DNA of 64,000 bases from Nitrososphaerales archaeon. GTDB lineage: Archaea; Thermoproteota; Nitrososphaeria; Nitrososphaerales; UBA213. A program made the translations under genes and the position numbers. Every line of letters starts with the position of its first letter. Position 1 is the stretch's first letter. The notes below the pieces were generated by a model that searched no databases, was not told where the DNA came from, and saw only the letters and a list, made by a program, of their open reading frames with translations. Below are positions 1-11,240 of this stretch, piece after piece. The stretch is from assembly GCA_965197925.1 (NCBI GenBank), contig CBDAOC010000020.1:736001-800000 (forward strand), read 5' to 3'.

Positions 1-348
1 ACCTAGACCTATAAATCCGGCTGCCAAAGGATTGAGCGTAAAGTATGCAAAGATAATAGAGACAATACTTAGCATGATACCAAATACAAGGGCGCTCTTA
101 GCACTCAGTCTTCCTGACGGAATGGGACGTTTCATCGTCCTGAACATTAAGTGATCTATATCCCTGTCATAGTAGTGATTAAGTGCGCTTGATCCCATAG
201 AGGCAAGAGTACCTGCAATGAACAGGAAAAGTAAAGTTTCCCAAGAAAACTGCCATTTGCTTGCAGCCATAAATGACGTTATGGCAACAAGGTTAAGAAC
301 TGCTACTATCCTAAACTTCGATATTTCGGCATATTCCCTAGTCCCCAC
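1..348 (-). CDS. ctaB: Protoheme IX farnesyltransferase (heme o synthase), N-terminal part; runs off the window edge
   Basis: Manual translation gives VGTREYAEISKFRIVAVLNLVA...SSALNHYYDRDIDHLMFRTMKRPIPSGRL, with the NxxxDRDIDxxMxRTxxRP motif of CtaB/CyoE. Not in the ORF track. GTG start is inferred. Confidence 0.85.
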   Translation of the reverse strand, partial: MGTREYAEISKFRIVAVLNLVAITSFMAASKWQFSWETLLFLFIAGTLASMGSSALNHYYDRDIDHLMFRTMKRPIPSGRLSAKSALVFGIMLSIVSIIFAYFTLNPLAAGFIGLG

Positions 349-423
349 ATTATTGAAGCTGGCTACCAAGCATTTAATCGTTAAGAAAAGATTATTTAGA
401 TACGGCGAGGTTGGTATTTCAAT

Positions 424-1266
424 TTGACCGATTGGGAGCTTATGGTCCCTGGCATAGGGTTGACTGTACTTGGTATGGCAGGTGTGGGTTTATCGTTCTC
501 TGGGATTGCTAAAACCTTTCTAGAAGGGATGCATGCAGTTTCAGCTTTAATGATGTTTATTGGCATGATCATATTAGTCACGGGTATTCTGAAGGATGGC
601 TTACCAAATAGCAATCAGGCTAAGGCTGCGGCTTTAATCATAATTGGATTTTTGGTTACTGTAGGTGCATTCGCCGCAGGAATTGCAGAGATTCAAGTTT
701 TGACCACTTTAACAGGGATACTGTTGTTGATCCTAGTACCTGCTGTGGTGATTGCTTGGGCTGCGCATATTAAGAGTCCACATTTCAAGGCCTTGACTAT
801 TCTATTCTCAAGTGCGTCTGCAGTTGGAATAATAGTATTCTCTATATTCGGGTTAGTAGCACCTCAACCCATAGAGACTGGATTCATAGAACAACGTGAA
901 GTTTTCCAAGAAGAGGTATCTGAACCTGAAACTTCTGATGAGAAGACAACAGTTTCCATTTCGAAAACTAAAATAGATGTAAACATCTCAGGTGGTTCTG
1001 CAAACGTAGCAAACCTAGAATTTTATGTACCCGAAGAACTGACTGTACAAGTAGACACTACTATAGTTTGGACAAATTTTGATACGGCTGGACACACTGT
1101 AACGAGTGGTAGTCCCACTGATGATGAGACTGGAACACTTTTTGATTCCGGCTTCCCATTGATGAAGCCTAATGAAAAATATGAGTTCACCTTCTCAGAA
1201 AGAGGCGATTATCCATATTTCTGTCTTGTACATCCATGGATGTTTGGTAAGGTAATAGTTACGTAA
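424..1266 (+). CDS. Multi-pass membrane protein with C-terminal plastocyanin-like cupredoxin domain
   Basis: About 5 hydrophobic segments, then WTNFDTAGHTVTSG...YPYFCLVHPWMFG (type-1 Cu ligands H/C/H/M). Confidence 0.85.
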   Translation: MTDWELMVPGIGLTVLGMAGVGLSFSGIAKTFLEGMHAVSALMMFIGMIILVTGILKDGLPNSNQAKAAALIIIGFLVTVGAFAAGIAEIQVLTTLTGILLLILVPAVVIAWAAHIKSPHFKALTILFSSASAVGIIVFSIFGLVAPQPIETGFIEQREVFQEEVSEPETSDEKTTVSISKTKIDVNISGGSANVANLEFYVPEELTVQVDTTIVWTNFDTAGHTVTSGSPTDDETGTLFDSGFPLMKPNEKYEFTFSERGDYPYFCLVHPWMFGKVIVT

Positions 1267-1670
1267 TGATAAGAATAGTTGTTCTGAGCTCCACACATGT
1301 AAACGCGCTCAAAAAATTCGCTGTTGATTCATTACCTATCGAATCATGTGCACTGCTGGCAGGTAATATTTATGAAGAACAGGTAGTCGTTAGAAAAATA
1401 ATATTCACAAAAAATGCAGATAGTTCTCAGACCACTTTTAGAATAGAACCAGAAGAATTATTTGATGCATACAAAGAGGCTGAAAACTCTGGCTTTGATA
1501 TAGTAGGGATATTTCATTCCCATCAGGCTTCTGTGGAGCCATCCACTACTGATTCATATTATATGAAAATAAACCCAGTACCGTGGTTAGTAATGTCGAC
1601 TATAAACAACGAATTAAAGGCATTTCTTTATGACAATAAGATACGTGAATTGGAGTTGGTCGTAAATTAG
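1266..1670 (+). CDS. JAMM/MPN+ (Mov34, M67) metallopeptidase
   Basis: ESCALL ... GIFHSHQASVEPSTTD (E...HSH-x7-S-x2-D). Confidence 0.85.
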   Translation: MIRIVVLSSTHVNALKKFAVDSLPIESCALLAGNIYEEQVVVRKIIFTKNADSSQTTFRIEPEELFDAYKEAENSGFDIVGIFHSHQASVEPSTTDSYYMKINPVPWLVMSTINNELKAFLYDNKIRELELVVN

Positions 1671-1835
1671 ATTATAGTCAAAGTATAATGTATTAAATAG
1701 CGTTAGTACTATTGAGTTTTAGTATATTATCTATGATTTTCCAATATCTGCTTGTAATTCTTTATTGAGATTTTAACAACAACACTCTCATGTTTTGGGT
1801 GTTTCAATCCGTTTTTCTTATTATACCAAATATAT

Positions 1836-2373
1836 GAGGCATGGGCATTATTCCATATAACAAAAATAACTTGATGCCTCTGATTGATTAACTTCCCAAC
1901 ATGTGCTTCAATGCCCTTAATGGTCTTCCTGTCAAGTTGTAGTATACCATCAGCTGGTATAGCAATATAGAAATCAGAACGATGCTCGTAGCTTTATCAA
2001 ATCCTCTAACTGGTAATGGGTCTATATCAAATACATCTTTCATATGCTCTATCAATGGTTCAACACTTATGCTCCTCCGAGAATATACATGCTGTCCAAA
2101 TTCAGATTGATAGAACTGCAGCAATGCCAGTCTATTATTATCTGTAGTATGCTTGTACCTTTCCAATGGGAATACTGGATACCCTCTATACCTGCTGAAA
2201 TCACATAACTTGTGATCATCATATCCTTCATCTCCTACAACATACCTTACCATTCCTGTAGGCAATGAAGATGTTATGCTTTCATACATCTTGTTATCAG
2301 TAATGTTAACTGTTGTGAAATCAGCTGATAATGGAACTATCAACGAACCTGTGCTACATGCTAGATGCATCTT
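1836..2373 (-). mobile_element. IS family A (DDE_Tnp_1-type transposase), truncated copy retaining the 3' half
   Basis: Starts with terminal repeat GAGGCATGGGCATTAT and is near-identical to part of 45056-46145. It is cut at the nested IS, and the 5' half is absent. Confidence 0.85.
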
Positions 2374-3243
2374 CAACTCATCTCAAAACCCTACAATACA
2401 TCAAAAATGATGCAGGATTAACAAATGCCAGATAGTTTTCTGCCGTTCTTTCATACCTGGTTCTTGTTCTGTGAAATCCATTCTTGAGCCATGCAAGGAA
2501 TCTCTCAACTACAAATCTTGTCTTGTTGCAATGTTTGCAATCATTATTTTGCAAGATGAACTTGGAATTTATTTTGTATGGGATGCAACATGCAATATTT
2601 CTATCCCACAAATACATTCTGATGTATTTTGCATCATTTTGTCTGCATAAACTGGTTCTATCTGTTGTATTGAATCATCATCAAGATAGTCTGAAATTGA
2701 TCCTGTAACATCCATGCATTTTGTACTGTCATGTTCATTTGCTGGACTCAACAGTATGGATATTGGAAATCCGTTACCCTCTACTGCGGCATGTATTTTT
2801 GTACCTGTTATTCTCTTGAATCCATTATATCCAGTTACATTGCCCCTTTTTTATTAGGAATGGATGAAGAGTCAACTGATTTTTTTAGACTAATTTGCCA
2901 GATTTATGTGCTGAGTGAATAGTACGTGATAGAATCTTTTTCCAGATTCCTTTTTGTTGCCATTTGTTTAACCTTCTGTTTGCAGTAGAATCATCACCAT
3001 ATCTTTTTGGCATATCGTCCCATCGGCATCCAGTAGTTAGAACATGGATTATTCCGTTAATGATTTTTCTATCATCATCCCTAGGCCTGCCAGTTTTTGC
3101 ATGTGGCGGTATGTGTGATTCCATCATACTCCACTGTTTGTCTGATAATTCTTGGAATTTCATAAAATAATTTTAGATGTCGCTATTCATGGATCTAAAT
3201 GGTCGCTAAAAATTGTCTAAATGGTTAGTTTTGAGATGAGTTG
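2374..3243 (-). mobile_element. IS family B (IS5-family, two-ORF frameshift type), degenerate
   Basis: Perfect IRs CAACTCATCTCAAAAC/GTTTTGAGATGAGTTG. ORFs MKFQELSDKQW...TGRPR..DRKIINGI..VLTTGCRW and RFVVERFLAWLKNGFHR. A-run/G-run slippery site near 2785-2792. Confidence 0.9.
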
Positions 3244-3317
3244 ATTAATTTTTCAATTTTGTCCCATGATTGATACAATCATATAAAAAAATTGTTTAAT
3301 TACATCCTCAATTTTTC

Positions 3318-3986
3318 CTAATTCTTTTCATCTTTAAACTTGATGTACCAATGTATGCCATCACAAAACGGCTTGTTTTTTGATCCACCACATCTACAGA
3401 GTGTATAGTGCTCCTTTGACGCCCCATCCCCAAATGATTCGTCAATCAGTTCTATCCCACCTGTAACATGATAAGGCCCATCTTTTGAAACTGTGAGTAT
3501 AGGTTCTCTATCCTGATCCTTGTATTCTACATCATCAATAGAATAACTTAGTGCCCCGGAAGGACATTGCTTGATGGTTTTAATTATCTCCTCCACTGTA
3601 GCACCATCTGCGTCTATCCAAGGTTCCGTCTTTGAACGGAATACCTTTGCCAGGTTATTTGTACAAACTCCGGAATGAGCGCAAATTCCCCGGTTATCAT
3701 TAACTGTTACCTTTTCACAAGCATATCTTTCCCTCTTATTCTTGCTACCATCTGTAAGTTTCTCACTCTTGAAGCCATTGATGCCGTGAGTACCATCACA
3801 AAATGGTTTATTTTTTGACCCGCCACAACGGCAAAGCGCAATACCATTAATATTTGAGAGTTTTTCACCCTTAGAATTATGCAGGTTATCCACAACATGC
3901 ATCTTAAGGTCATTCAACAAATAGTAAGGACCGTTTGGAAGACAAAGAATCTTTGGTTTTTCATCGTTCATCTTAATTACATACAT
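3318..3986 (-). CDS. CDGSH iron-sulfur domain protein (two CDGSH domains flanking a divergent 4Fe-4S ferredoxin domain)
   Basis: LCRCGGSKNKPFCDGTH and LCRCGGSKNKPFCDGIH; central CAHSGVC...QCPSGALSY. Confidence 0.9.
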   Translation of the reverse strand: MYVIKMNDEKPKILCLPNGPYYLLNDLKMHVVDNLHNSKGEKLSNINGIALCRCGGSKNKPFCDGTHGINGFKSEKLTDGSKNKRERYACEKVTVNDNRGICAHSGVCTNNLAKVFRSKTEPWIDADGATVEEIIKTIKQCPSGALSYSIDDVEYKDQDREPILTVSKDGPYHVTGGIELIDESFGDGASKEHYTLCRCGGSKNKPFCDGIHWYIKFKDEKN

Positions 3987-4642
3987 GATTACTATATTAA
4001 AGAATTCCCCTCAATTGTACAAAATCCATATCTAATTAACCTATATTTTCTCGATTAAAGATTTAACCATTGACTGACCACGCATTGTTGTTAGCAAGAA
4101 AACAGGAGGCGGCTAGAATCTTTTGTCCGCCTTGGTATTAATTAGGATTCCTGATGTAATTCTATTTTTAGGTGCATAGATCGGAACTATACATTATTAC
4201 TGGCTTACAATTGGAGGGAATCCGGTTTAATCTTATTCCTCTCGTTACTGAAAAGAATGTGATACTAAAAGTGGGAATGTAGAAGCGAGTATAATACTTC
4301 CGCTAGAAAAAGACTTGTCCTGCTGCAAATTATTCCAGACTGAATCATTCGTGATCCAAATTTGCTTGACCACTAGATAGTGGATATCTGGATTCATCAT
4401 CCTTGAAGAATAAAGATGCAATACTTCATTCCATATAATAAGTAAAAGGCATGGATGAAATACTTCATCCAATATCTAGAAAAATGAGGGGGAGGGATCA
4501 TTGAACCCTGATAAAAAATTGGTAAAACAACTCATGGTGGATCATCAGAACTCAGATTCTGTTCTTTAATAATTTAATAATTTGTTGAACCATTGTAAGA
4601 TATGCATAAATCTGAAGTTAGCAAATAAACGTATGGAACTAA

Positions 4643-5690
4643 GAGCCTATCCTAAAATTCTAGCTGATAGTTAATGATTGGTAGAAATGATATCATTTAG
4701 AATGCAAGAATATTAGTTCAAACTGTCAGGTTTAGTTTTCTTACTATTGATTTTATTAGTATTGTAGATAGTAGATACTAGAAACAGTTGCATTAACGTG
4801 TTTATGACACTACCAATATATCGCTCTGTATATTATTAGGCAGTTAGCAAATTCTACTAGCGCCTGATAATTTTCCTCTCTCTTCTCGAACCTTACCAAT
4901 AACTTTCTGAACCTGTTATGCCAAGATGCGGTTCTTTCTACAACCCATCTCTTTGCTTTGTATAAATTCTTTTTCAACACTTCACCCTTATGACGAATGT
5001 GATCCACATATCCCCTTCCTAACTCCATATTTCATACTCTATCTCAGGGAAATCATATCCTATTCATGCATATGTTCTGTTTAACTTTGGGCCTATCAAC
5101 AACAATGCTATCTATTGTAGGAAAGGCTGATTTCATATCGTGTTTATTTGCTCCAGTAATTACAGATGAGAGAGGAATACCTCTTCTATCAACCAGCATG
5201 TGACGTTTGGTACCTAGCTTGCCTCTATCCGTTGGGTTTGCTCCGGTCGTTTTCCCCCTAATGGGGCCTTCGGTACGCTATCCATGGATTGCCAGTCCCA
5301 TCCTATACTCTTTAATTCATCATATATTTCCAGCAGCCTCTTCCATACCTTCTTGAATACTCCTATCCCAATCCATTCCTGAAATCTTGCATGGCAAGTT
5401 GAGCCAGAACCAAATTCTTTAGATACCTTCTTCCACTGGCATCCAGTTCTTAATACGTACAGTACTCCATTCAACACTTTTCTAAATGGCACAGCTGGCC
5501 TTCCAACTGTTCTTGCTGGTTTCTCTGGTGGCAGCACTAGTTTGAACTCTACCCATAGATTGTCTGGTATATGCCATATGGTCGGCATGCTCTTTTTCTT
5601 TGATTTTCTCACAAATTTAGCTAGAGAGACAGATCTAGATCTGTTTCGGTATAAACAATTAGGCTATGATGTTAATTTTCGGATAAGCTC
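4643..5690 (-). mobile_element. IS family C (IS5-family), copy 1, transposase frameshifted
   Basis: IRs GAGCCTATCCTAAAAT/ATTTTCGGATAAGCTC with TAA on both flanks. ORFs IWHIPDNLW...GRP...LRTGCQW and KRWVVERTASWHNRFRKL. Confidence 0.9.
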
Positions 5691-6065
5691 TAAGCGGATT
5701 GATAATGCGTAAAAGTGAATATATGATACTCCCTTCTTTGTTGCCTTCACCACTACCTGACCTTAAAGAATTTCAATTACTCATACTCTAAAAGATATTC
5801 TAGGATTTTGTATTGAAGAACGTGACGTTTCTTGTGCTGTGATCAATAATAATGAACTTAATGAACCCTTCATCGTGTTGTTGCAAACAAAATAAGGTGG
5901 TAGATTCCCGAAATCTAGTTTGGAGATTTGATGGATTTCTTTCGATTTTTATTTTACTGACATATCTTGTGGTTAGTTCGACGATGTATCTCTTACTTGA
6001 AGCGTTCAAGATTCTCTTTAATCATTTCACATAAAGATTATGAACTGTGAGAACAATGGAAGAGT

Positions 6066-6281
6066 ATGCAAAAAATAAACACCGCGAAAATTGTAATGTT
6101 CACTGTGCTCGTGTTGGGTACACTGGTAGTGGCGTCAATGGGCTTCCAGACTAATGCTTTTGCAGCACATTCTGGTGTGCTCTATGATGAAGAGGGATTC
6201 ATCGAGTCTGCTCCCTCCATTGTACGTGACAATGTTGTAGCATCTAACGTGGATGTCTGCCCCTATCCTTCATGCATGTGA
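6066..6281 (+). CDS. Small secreted protein
   Basis: Signal-peptide-like N-terminus ending AFA; C-terminal CPYPSC. Confidence 0.55.
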   Translation: MQKINTAKIVMFTVLVLGTLVVASMGFQTNAFAAHSGVLYDEEGFIESAPSIVRDNVVASNVDVCPYPSCM

Positions 6282-6484
6282 GCATTTAGAAGAGGCTCAT
6301 GCTGACGACGAGGCGTGAGAACCACCCCTATTTGTTTTCTTAGAATAAATTAGTTTAGTAATTCTTTTCTCTTCTCTTCGTTCATTGTTTATGTTTCAGG
6401 CTATCGATCTCGATGCCTTTTCTACTTCAAGTTCAAATTACAGGCCTTGAGCCGTCCACAAGGTTAAATGAAAAATGTTGTATG

Positions 6485-6922
6485 CTATTTCACAATAAGG
6501 ACTGAATAGTGTGCTCGCTGGGATACACCCTGGGCAACACTTCCCACAGCTAGTTTCCTTAACCCTTTTCTACCCATAGTGCCCATAACAATAAGATTCA
6601 CTTTTTTCCTTTTTGCATATTCCACTATCGACTCCACCACCGTTGTGCTACGCATAAGAACCTCATGATTTATTTTAACATTCTGCCTCTTTGCACTACT
6701 ATCTATCTTATTGAACCAGCCCTTCACTTTTTCTCTTATTGCCTTTAACCCTTTATCATCTTCTTTCAGCAAGTATTGAGGTATTGCGAAATAGGGATAT
6801 ATTCCGACTATATGAATTAGAGTGATGTTTGCACCCAAGCCTTTAGCCAGCTTTATTGAAAACTCGGCAGCTTTCGCTGAGTATTTTGACTCATCTACAC
6901 CTACTAATAATTTCATAACCAC
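6485..6922 (-). CDS. Universal stress protein (UspA family)
   Basis: KLLVGVDES...LIVMGTMGRKGLRKLAVGSVAQGV...SVLIVK. Confidence 0.9.
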   Translation of the reverse strand: MVMKLLVGVDESKYSAKAAEFSIKLAKGLGANITLIHIVGIYPYFAIPQYLLKEDDKGLKAIREKVKGWFNKIDSSAKRQNVKINHEVLMRSTTVVESIVEYAKRKKVNLIVMGTMGRKGLRKLAVGSVAQGVSQRAHYSVLIVK

Positions 6923-7451
6923 ATCTTTCTTACGAATGATATATTACATATACTTGTTGATAATTCTCAAATCTAGAAATCATCAGATGATGACGTATAA
7001 AATATGCGATCAAATATGTTAGAAATCAGAATAAAGTTAGGCGGCAATGTTGTTGATAAAACGTCTTTCCGAGATAATTTGGAAAACATATATGATGATT
7101 CACATGCCCAACTGGATCGGGAAGAAGCATAGAACAACAAGTATGTGACTTTCCTTACAAATTATTGGATTGGTCTTGTGATGAATTTCTCCTCCATCCT
7201 GAAGAATAAGAATTTAGAAAGGTTAGATCAGAACCTCCACCAATCCAGACAAAAAAAGGATATGGAATTAGCTCTCCAAGAAACAATACCTGTACTAAGT
7301 ATAATTAAGCCTTTAGGACTCAAAATTGATATGTAATGTGTAGGGTAAACGGGTACAATACCAAGGTAATAACAAATTTAAATAGAAATTTAGAAGATCT
7401 GGTTGATAGAATGATGATGCGTTTTTCATATGACATCGTATGTGAAATACA

Positions 7452-7658
7452 ATGAGCTCGATGGAACAACCCTCGCCAAGCCAAGAGGAAGAGGTTTTTG
7501 AGTGGGCATTAGACCCTGCTACAAATAAATGGGTAAAAATAACGATGGAGAATGCTATGGGTAGAAAATGTGGCCATTGTGGTTGTAATTGCTCATGTAA
7601 ATGTCCTTGTTGTAAGAAAATGTGTTGTACTATTAGTAACGAAGAATCGGCCAGTTAA
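7452..7658 (+). CDS. Cys-rich, metallothionein-like small protein
   Basis: CGHCGCNCSCKCPCCKKMCC (10 Cys in 20 residues). Confidence 0.6.
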   Translation: MSSMEQPSPSQEEEVFEWALDPATNKWVKITMENAMGRKCGHCGCNCSCKCPCCKKMCCTISNEESAS

Positions 7659-8376
7659 AGCAGCAGTACAAAGCTCAATCATTTACTATGTTTATATTAT
7701 AACGATTGAATGATCCGTAAGCCTATGTCTAAATTCTGAATGAGAGTGATATGCAACAAATCGGTAGAGGTTTGTTCTTTTTAATCGAAATATAAAAAGC
7801 CCGCTTTTTTCAAATTGTATTCATGGATTTCTATGATTCAACTATGTTTATATTAAATGAATATAGCAATTATTTCCTGCACTGACTCCGGTCTTTTGAA
7901 TTTTAGCTAACAATTCCCTGAACGACCTTCTTAACTTACCTCCTTTTATATCATCATCAATCAAAGTAAGATGTAACGGGGTTATCCTTAACCCTAGAGC
8001 CACAACTATGGGATACTATACTTTTCTTAGTATTTCAGTATTAGTAAATAATATGCCTCTATTAATTAGCTTAATCAGATTCCACGGAATATAGAATTCT
8101 ATCAATTCCTTCTCTAATGAGCCCAAGGCACTCTGAATCTAGCCCAAGAATACAATAAAAAAATAATAATATTTCTTTATTTTTGACAAGATCTTCCATG
8201 GTTATATGTTAGAGTATGGAGATGTAACCATATGATAAAAGTGTCAACAGCTGTTTTCTGGTGAAAAAATGTTATATAATTTTTTAAAGAATTAGCGTTG
8301 AAACCGGTCTTGTCAAAAGCAGAAGGAGTTAATAATGATAAACATTCCTTATCATAATTCTTATGTTTAGCTTCAA

Positions 8377-8517
8377 TTATGGTAACTCTTCTTTTATATC
8401 AGAACAAAACTTGTGTACCCACTGTCCTTTAGAATTTTTTGCTATTTCTTTACCCACTTTGATTGGTTCATTACAATCTACACATTTTCCGCTAAATCTA
8501 GCCTTCAACCTAATCAA
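8377..8517 (-). CDS. 46-aa zinc-finger microprotein
   Basis: Manual translation from a TTG start: MIRLKARFSGKCVDCNEPIKVGKEIAKNSKGQWVHKFCSDIKEELP (CxxC...HxxC). Below the ORF-track cutoff. Confidence 0.7.
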   Translation of the reverse strand: MIRLKARFSGKCVDCNEPIKVGKEIAKNSKGQWVHKFCSDIKEELP

Positions 8518-8791
8518 TGTAGGAAGTTGCCTAATTTGAATTTACTTATATAAGATAAAATGCTTATTACTACATGAATAAATTTTATCAGTTAAGATAA
8601 GGAGTATAATATTGTATTTTCACATGGATTCTAACTTTCCTCCGATCAAATCAAAGTTGTAAAATGACCAACTAGAGCATACTCATTTAATGAGGCAATT
8701 ATTCAATGTAAAGGTTAAGTTTTGGTGAAGAATACAACATCTAACAGAATCTAATATTTTATTTTTGCTAAACACTAGAAATGTTATTTTA

Positions 8792-8998
8792 TTATGTCCA
8801 ATCTTCTTTGGATTTTTTCCAAATAAGCTTTCCATCAATGTAGGCATGATCAGTTTCTTCCAAAACAATATGCCATTTACCATTATGTGGAAAAATTCTG
8901 TTTAACTCTTTGACCTTCTCTATCGTAGGGTTCTTATTCATTAATGCGCCCCATCTCATGTTCGGGATTTTTGGCATTATTTCATTGATGTCCCTCAT
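8792..8998 (-). CDS. Small hypothetical protein (resembles a thaumarchaeal conserved family)
   Basis: Clean ATG ORF, MRDINEIMPKIPNMRWGALMNK...FPHNGKWH. Confidence 0.65.
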   Translation of the reverse strand: MRDINEIMPKIPNMRWGALMNKNPTIEKVKELNRIFPHNGKWHIVLEETDHAYIDGKLIWKKSKEDWT

Positions 8999-9362
8999 AC
9001 AACATCTCTGGAAAAATCCTTATTTAAAACCATTGTTTGACAAACTATTCAGGGTACTTGCCTATATCTATAGGTTAACTCCCTTTATGTCCTATTAAAT
9101 CCTATCGAATCACAGATAGGACCCTTACTAAAGGCATGAAAATTTTGTTATACAAATTATCTAACTCAAACAAAATCGTGATTCACATAGATACCTATCG
9201 AACTAAAGGAATGCGGCAGACCCTCAAATAGAGGGGCGACTACTTATTCCGTGCATATATAATTATCTCAAATAATTATCCTATAGTGTAAATATATTAT
9301 AATTATAAGTGTAAGAATTATAACAAACGTAGACTTATATTATAGAAATTATAACTAAGTTT

Positions 9363-9539
9363 ATGAGACATAAAAAGGAAGTATTTAGAAGCAAAGTGAA
9401 TAGATTCGCTGAAGTGAGAACTTCACACGAATATAGATGCCATTGTTGCAATTCAACTCTCCGTAGTGGGGACGAACTTGCAGAACATATGTATGGAATA
9501 CATTTACGCTTTGGCTTCTATCTTAAGCCATTTATTTAG
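9363..9539 (+). CDS. 58-aa C2H2 zinc-finger microprotein
   Basis: Manual translation: MRHKKEVFRSKVNRFAEVRTSHEYRCHCCNSTLRSGDELAEHMYGIHLRFGFYLKPFI (CxxC-x12-H-x4-H). Confidence 0.65.
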   Translation: MRHKKEVFRSKVNRFAEVRTSHEYRCHCCNSTLRSGDELAEHMYGIHLRFGFYLKPFI

Positions 9540-9861
9540 TAAGCTAACTAAAATCCTGTTATTATATATATTACCCCAAATTATTTTTTTTTCATTTTTT
9601 TCTATCTAACCTCTTCAACCTCTTGAATGGGTTGAGGTAATGGTTCCTATTCGTCTTATAATAAGACAATATCATTTATGGATTGATCGATCTTGTCCCC
9701 AAACACAAGTAATGAAGGATTTCAAACTGAAATGTGGTTTGTTAGAGGATAAGAGAGGGAATTCCAAGCTTTATGCTTCTATCCTTAAATGAATAAAACC
9801 TTTAGGTTTCCTAATAATATATAGAATAGAAGGATTACATCACCATCCTGTCGCTGTTATA

Positions 9862-11217
9862 TTATTTTCCATAAAACCTGTTTCTAATCTCGCTAAAGAT
9901 CCCGTCTAAATAAGATGTGAATCGTGGTTCTCCCACGTCGTAGCCTTCAAAGGATACTTTCACCGTTGGTCTTATTATCTTCATAATTCTCCTTAAATCT
10001 GCTGGGGTTCCTAGTACTACCGCATCACAATCAACGGCATTTATGCTATCCTCTAGTTCCTGCAATTGAACACGGTTGTATCCCAGAGCCGGTAGCACAG
10101 ATCCAATCCAAGGAAATTTTTCATATGCCTCCCTAATAGAACCTACAGCATTATCCCTTGGATCTACAAGTTTACAGTTTAATCCCCTAGCAGCAACCGC
10201 ACCAGCACCTTCCCTGAGCTCGCCATGCGTTATCGATGGCCCATCTTCAACAACAAGTACGTTTTTGCTTCTAATCAAATCTGGGTTATCTACCGTTGCT
10301 TCTGAATTTACCTTGAAAATTTTTGCTTTATTGTTGAGTTGTGTACATGATTCCATTACCTGTTCTACCATACCAATCTCTGCAACGTTAACTTTATTGA
10401 TCACAAAAGCATCTGCTAATCTTACGTTAACTTCAGCCGGATGATACCGGGTTTCATGACCAGCCCTCAACGGATCAATAACTACTATTGTGTAATTCGC
10501 AACAATGAATGAATAATCATTATTACCTCCATCCCATATTATTACATCAAAATTCTTTTCAGCCTCCTCCAGAATCTGTTGGTAATCAACACCTGCAAAG
10601 AGCTCCACTCCCTTTGCTATATGATCTGTATACTCTTCCTCTTCTTCTACAGTTATCTTGTATTTCTTGAAATCTTCGAATGTCTTGAAATGTTGCACTG
10701 CCTCACTTAAATCGCCATATGGCATAGGATGTCTCAACACCACGGGTTTGAGATTTGATCTCCGCGCAGCATCTACTACCATTCTTGCAACTGTACTTTT
10801 GCCTGCACCAGTTCTAATCGCTAATACAGAGACAATAGGTTTTTTTGATTTTAATTGCGTATCTTTTGTGCCGAGGAGTGTGAAAGACGCCCCTGCAGCA
10901 ATTACTTTGGAAGCAATATGCATCACAGTTTCGTGTGAAATATCACTATATGAAAAAAAGACCTCGTCTATCTCATGCTTCTCTATGAGTTCAACCATAC
11001 TCTGTTCGTTATAAATCGGTATTCCATTTGGATACATGCTGCCTGCCAATTCTGCCGGGTAGATTCTTTTTTCTATGTTAGGAATTTGTGTTGCCGTGAA
11101 CGCTACAACGGTATAGTATGGATTCTTGCGAAAGAACATGTTGAAGTTATGAAAATCTCTCCCAGCTGCACCTAAAATGATAACTTTCCGTGGCACGCCA
11201 ATCAAAATAGAATACAA
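9862..11217 (-). CDS. COG2403 P-loop protein (cDPG-synthetase-like); candidate arginine synthetase ArcE
   Basis: RKVIILGAAGRDFHNFN, RTGAGKS, RHPMPYG, WDGGNND, VVEDGPSITHG; directly downstream of carbamate kinase. Confidence 0.8.
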   Translation of the reverse strand: MYSILIGVPRKVIILGAAGRDFHNFNMFFRKNPYYTVVAFTATQIPNIEKRIYPAELAGSMYPNGIPIYNEQSMVELIEKHEIDEVFFSYSDISHETVMHIASKVIAAGASFTLLGTKDTQLKSKKPIVSVLAIRTGAGKSTVARMVVDAARRSNLKPVVLRHPMPYGDLSEAVQHFKTFEDFKKYKITVEEEEEYTDHIAKGVELFAGVDYQQILEEAEKNFDVIIWDGGNNDYSFIVANYTIVVIDPLRAGHETRYHPAEVNVRLADAFVINKVNVAEIGMVEQVMESCTQLNNKAKIFKVNSEATVDNPDLIRSKNVLVVEDGPSITHGELREGAGAVAARGLNCKLVDPRDNAVGSIREAYEKFPWIGSVLPALGYNRVQLQELEDSINAVDCDAVVLGTPADLRRIMKIIRPTVKVSFEGYDVGEPRFTSYLDGIFSEIRNRFYGK

Positions 11218-11240
11218 CTATTGGTATTATTAATTTATCA

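Noticed and set aside
7090..7336. Helicase-like MIHMP/TGSGR fragment and ORF 7145-7336
   Set aside because: It needs a frameshift and no further helicase motifs follow.
4105..9640. Isolated hairpins (~4107-4132, ~4214-4242, ~6296-6319, ~9221-9235, ~9614-9638) as ncRNAs
   Set aside because: The stems are short with no recognisable family motif or repetition, so they cannot be supported from sequence alone.
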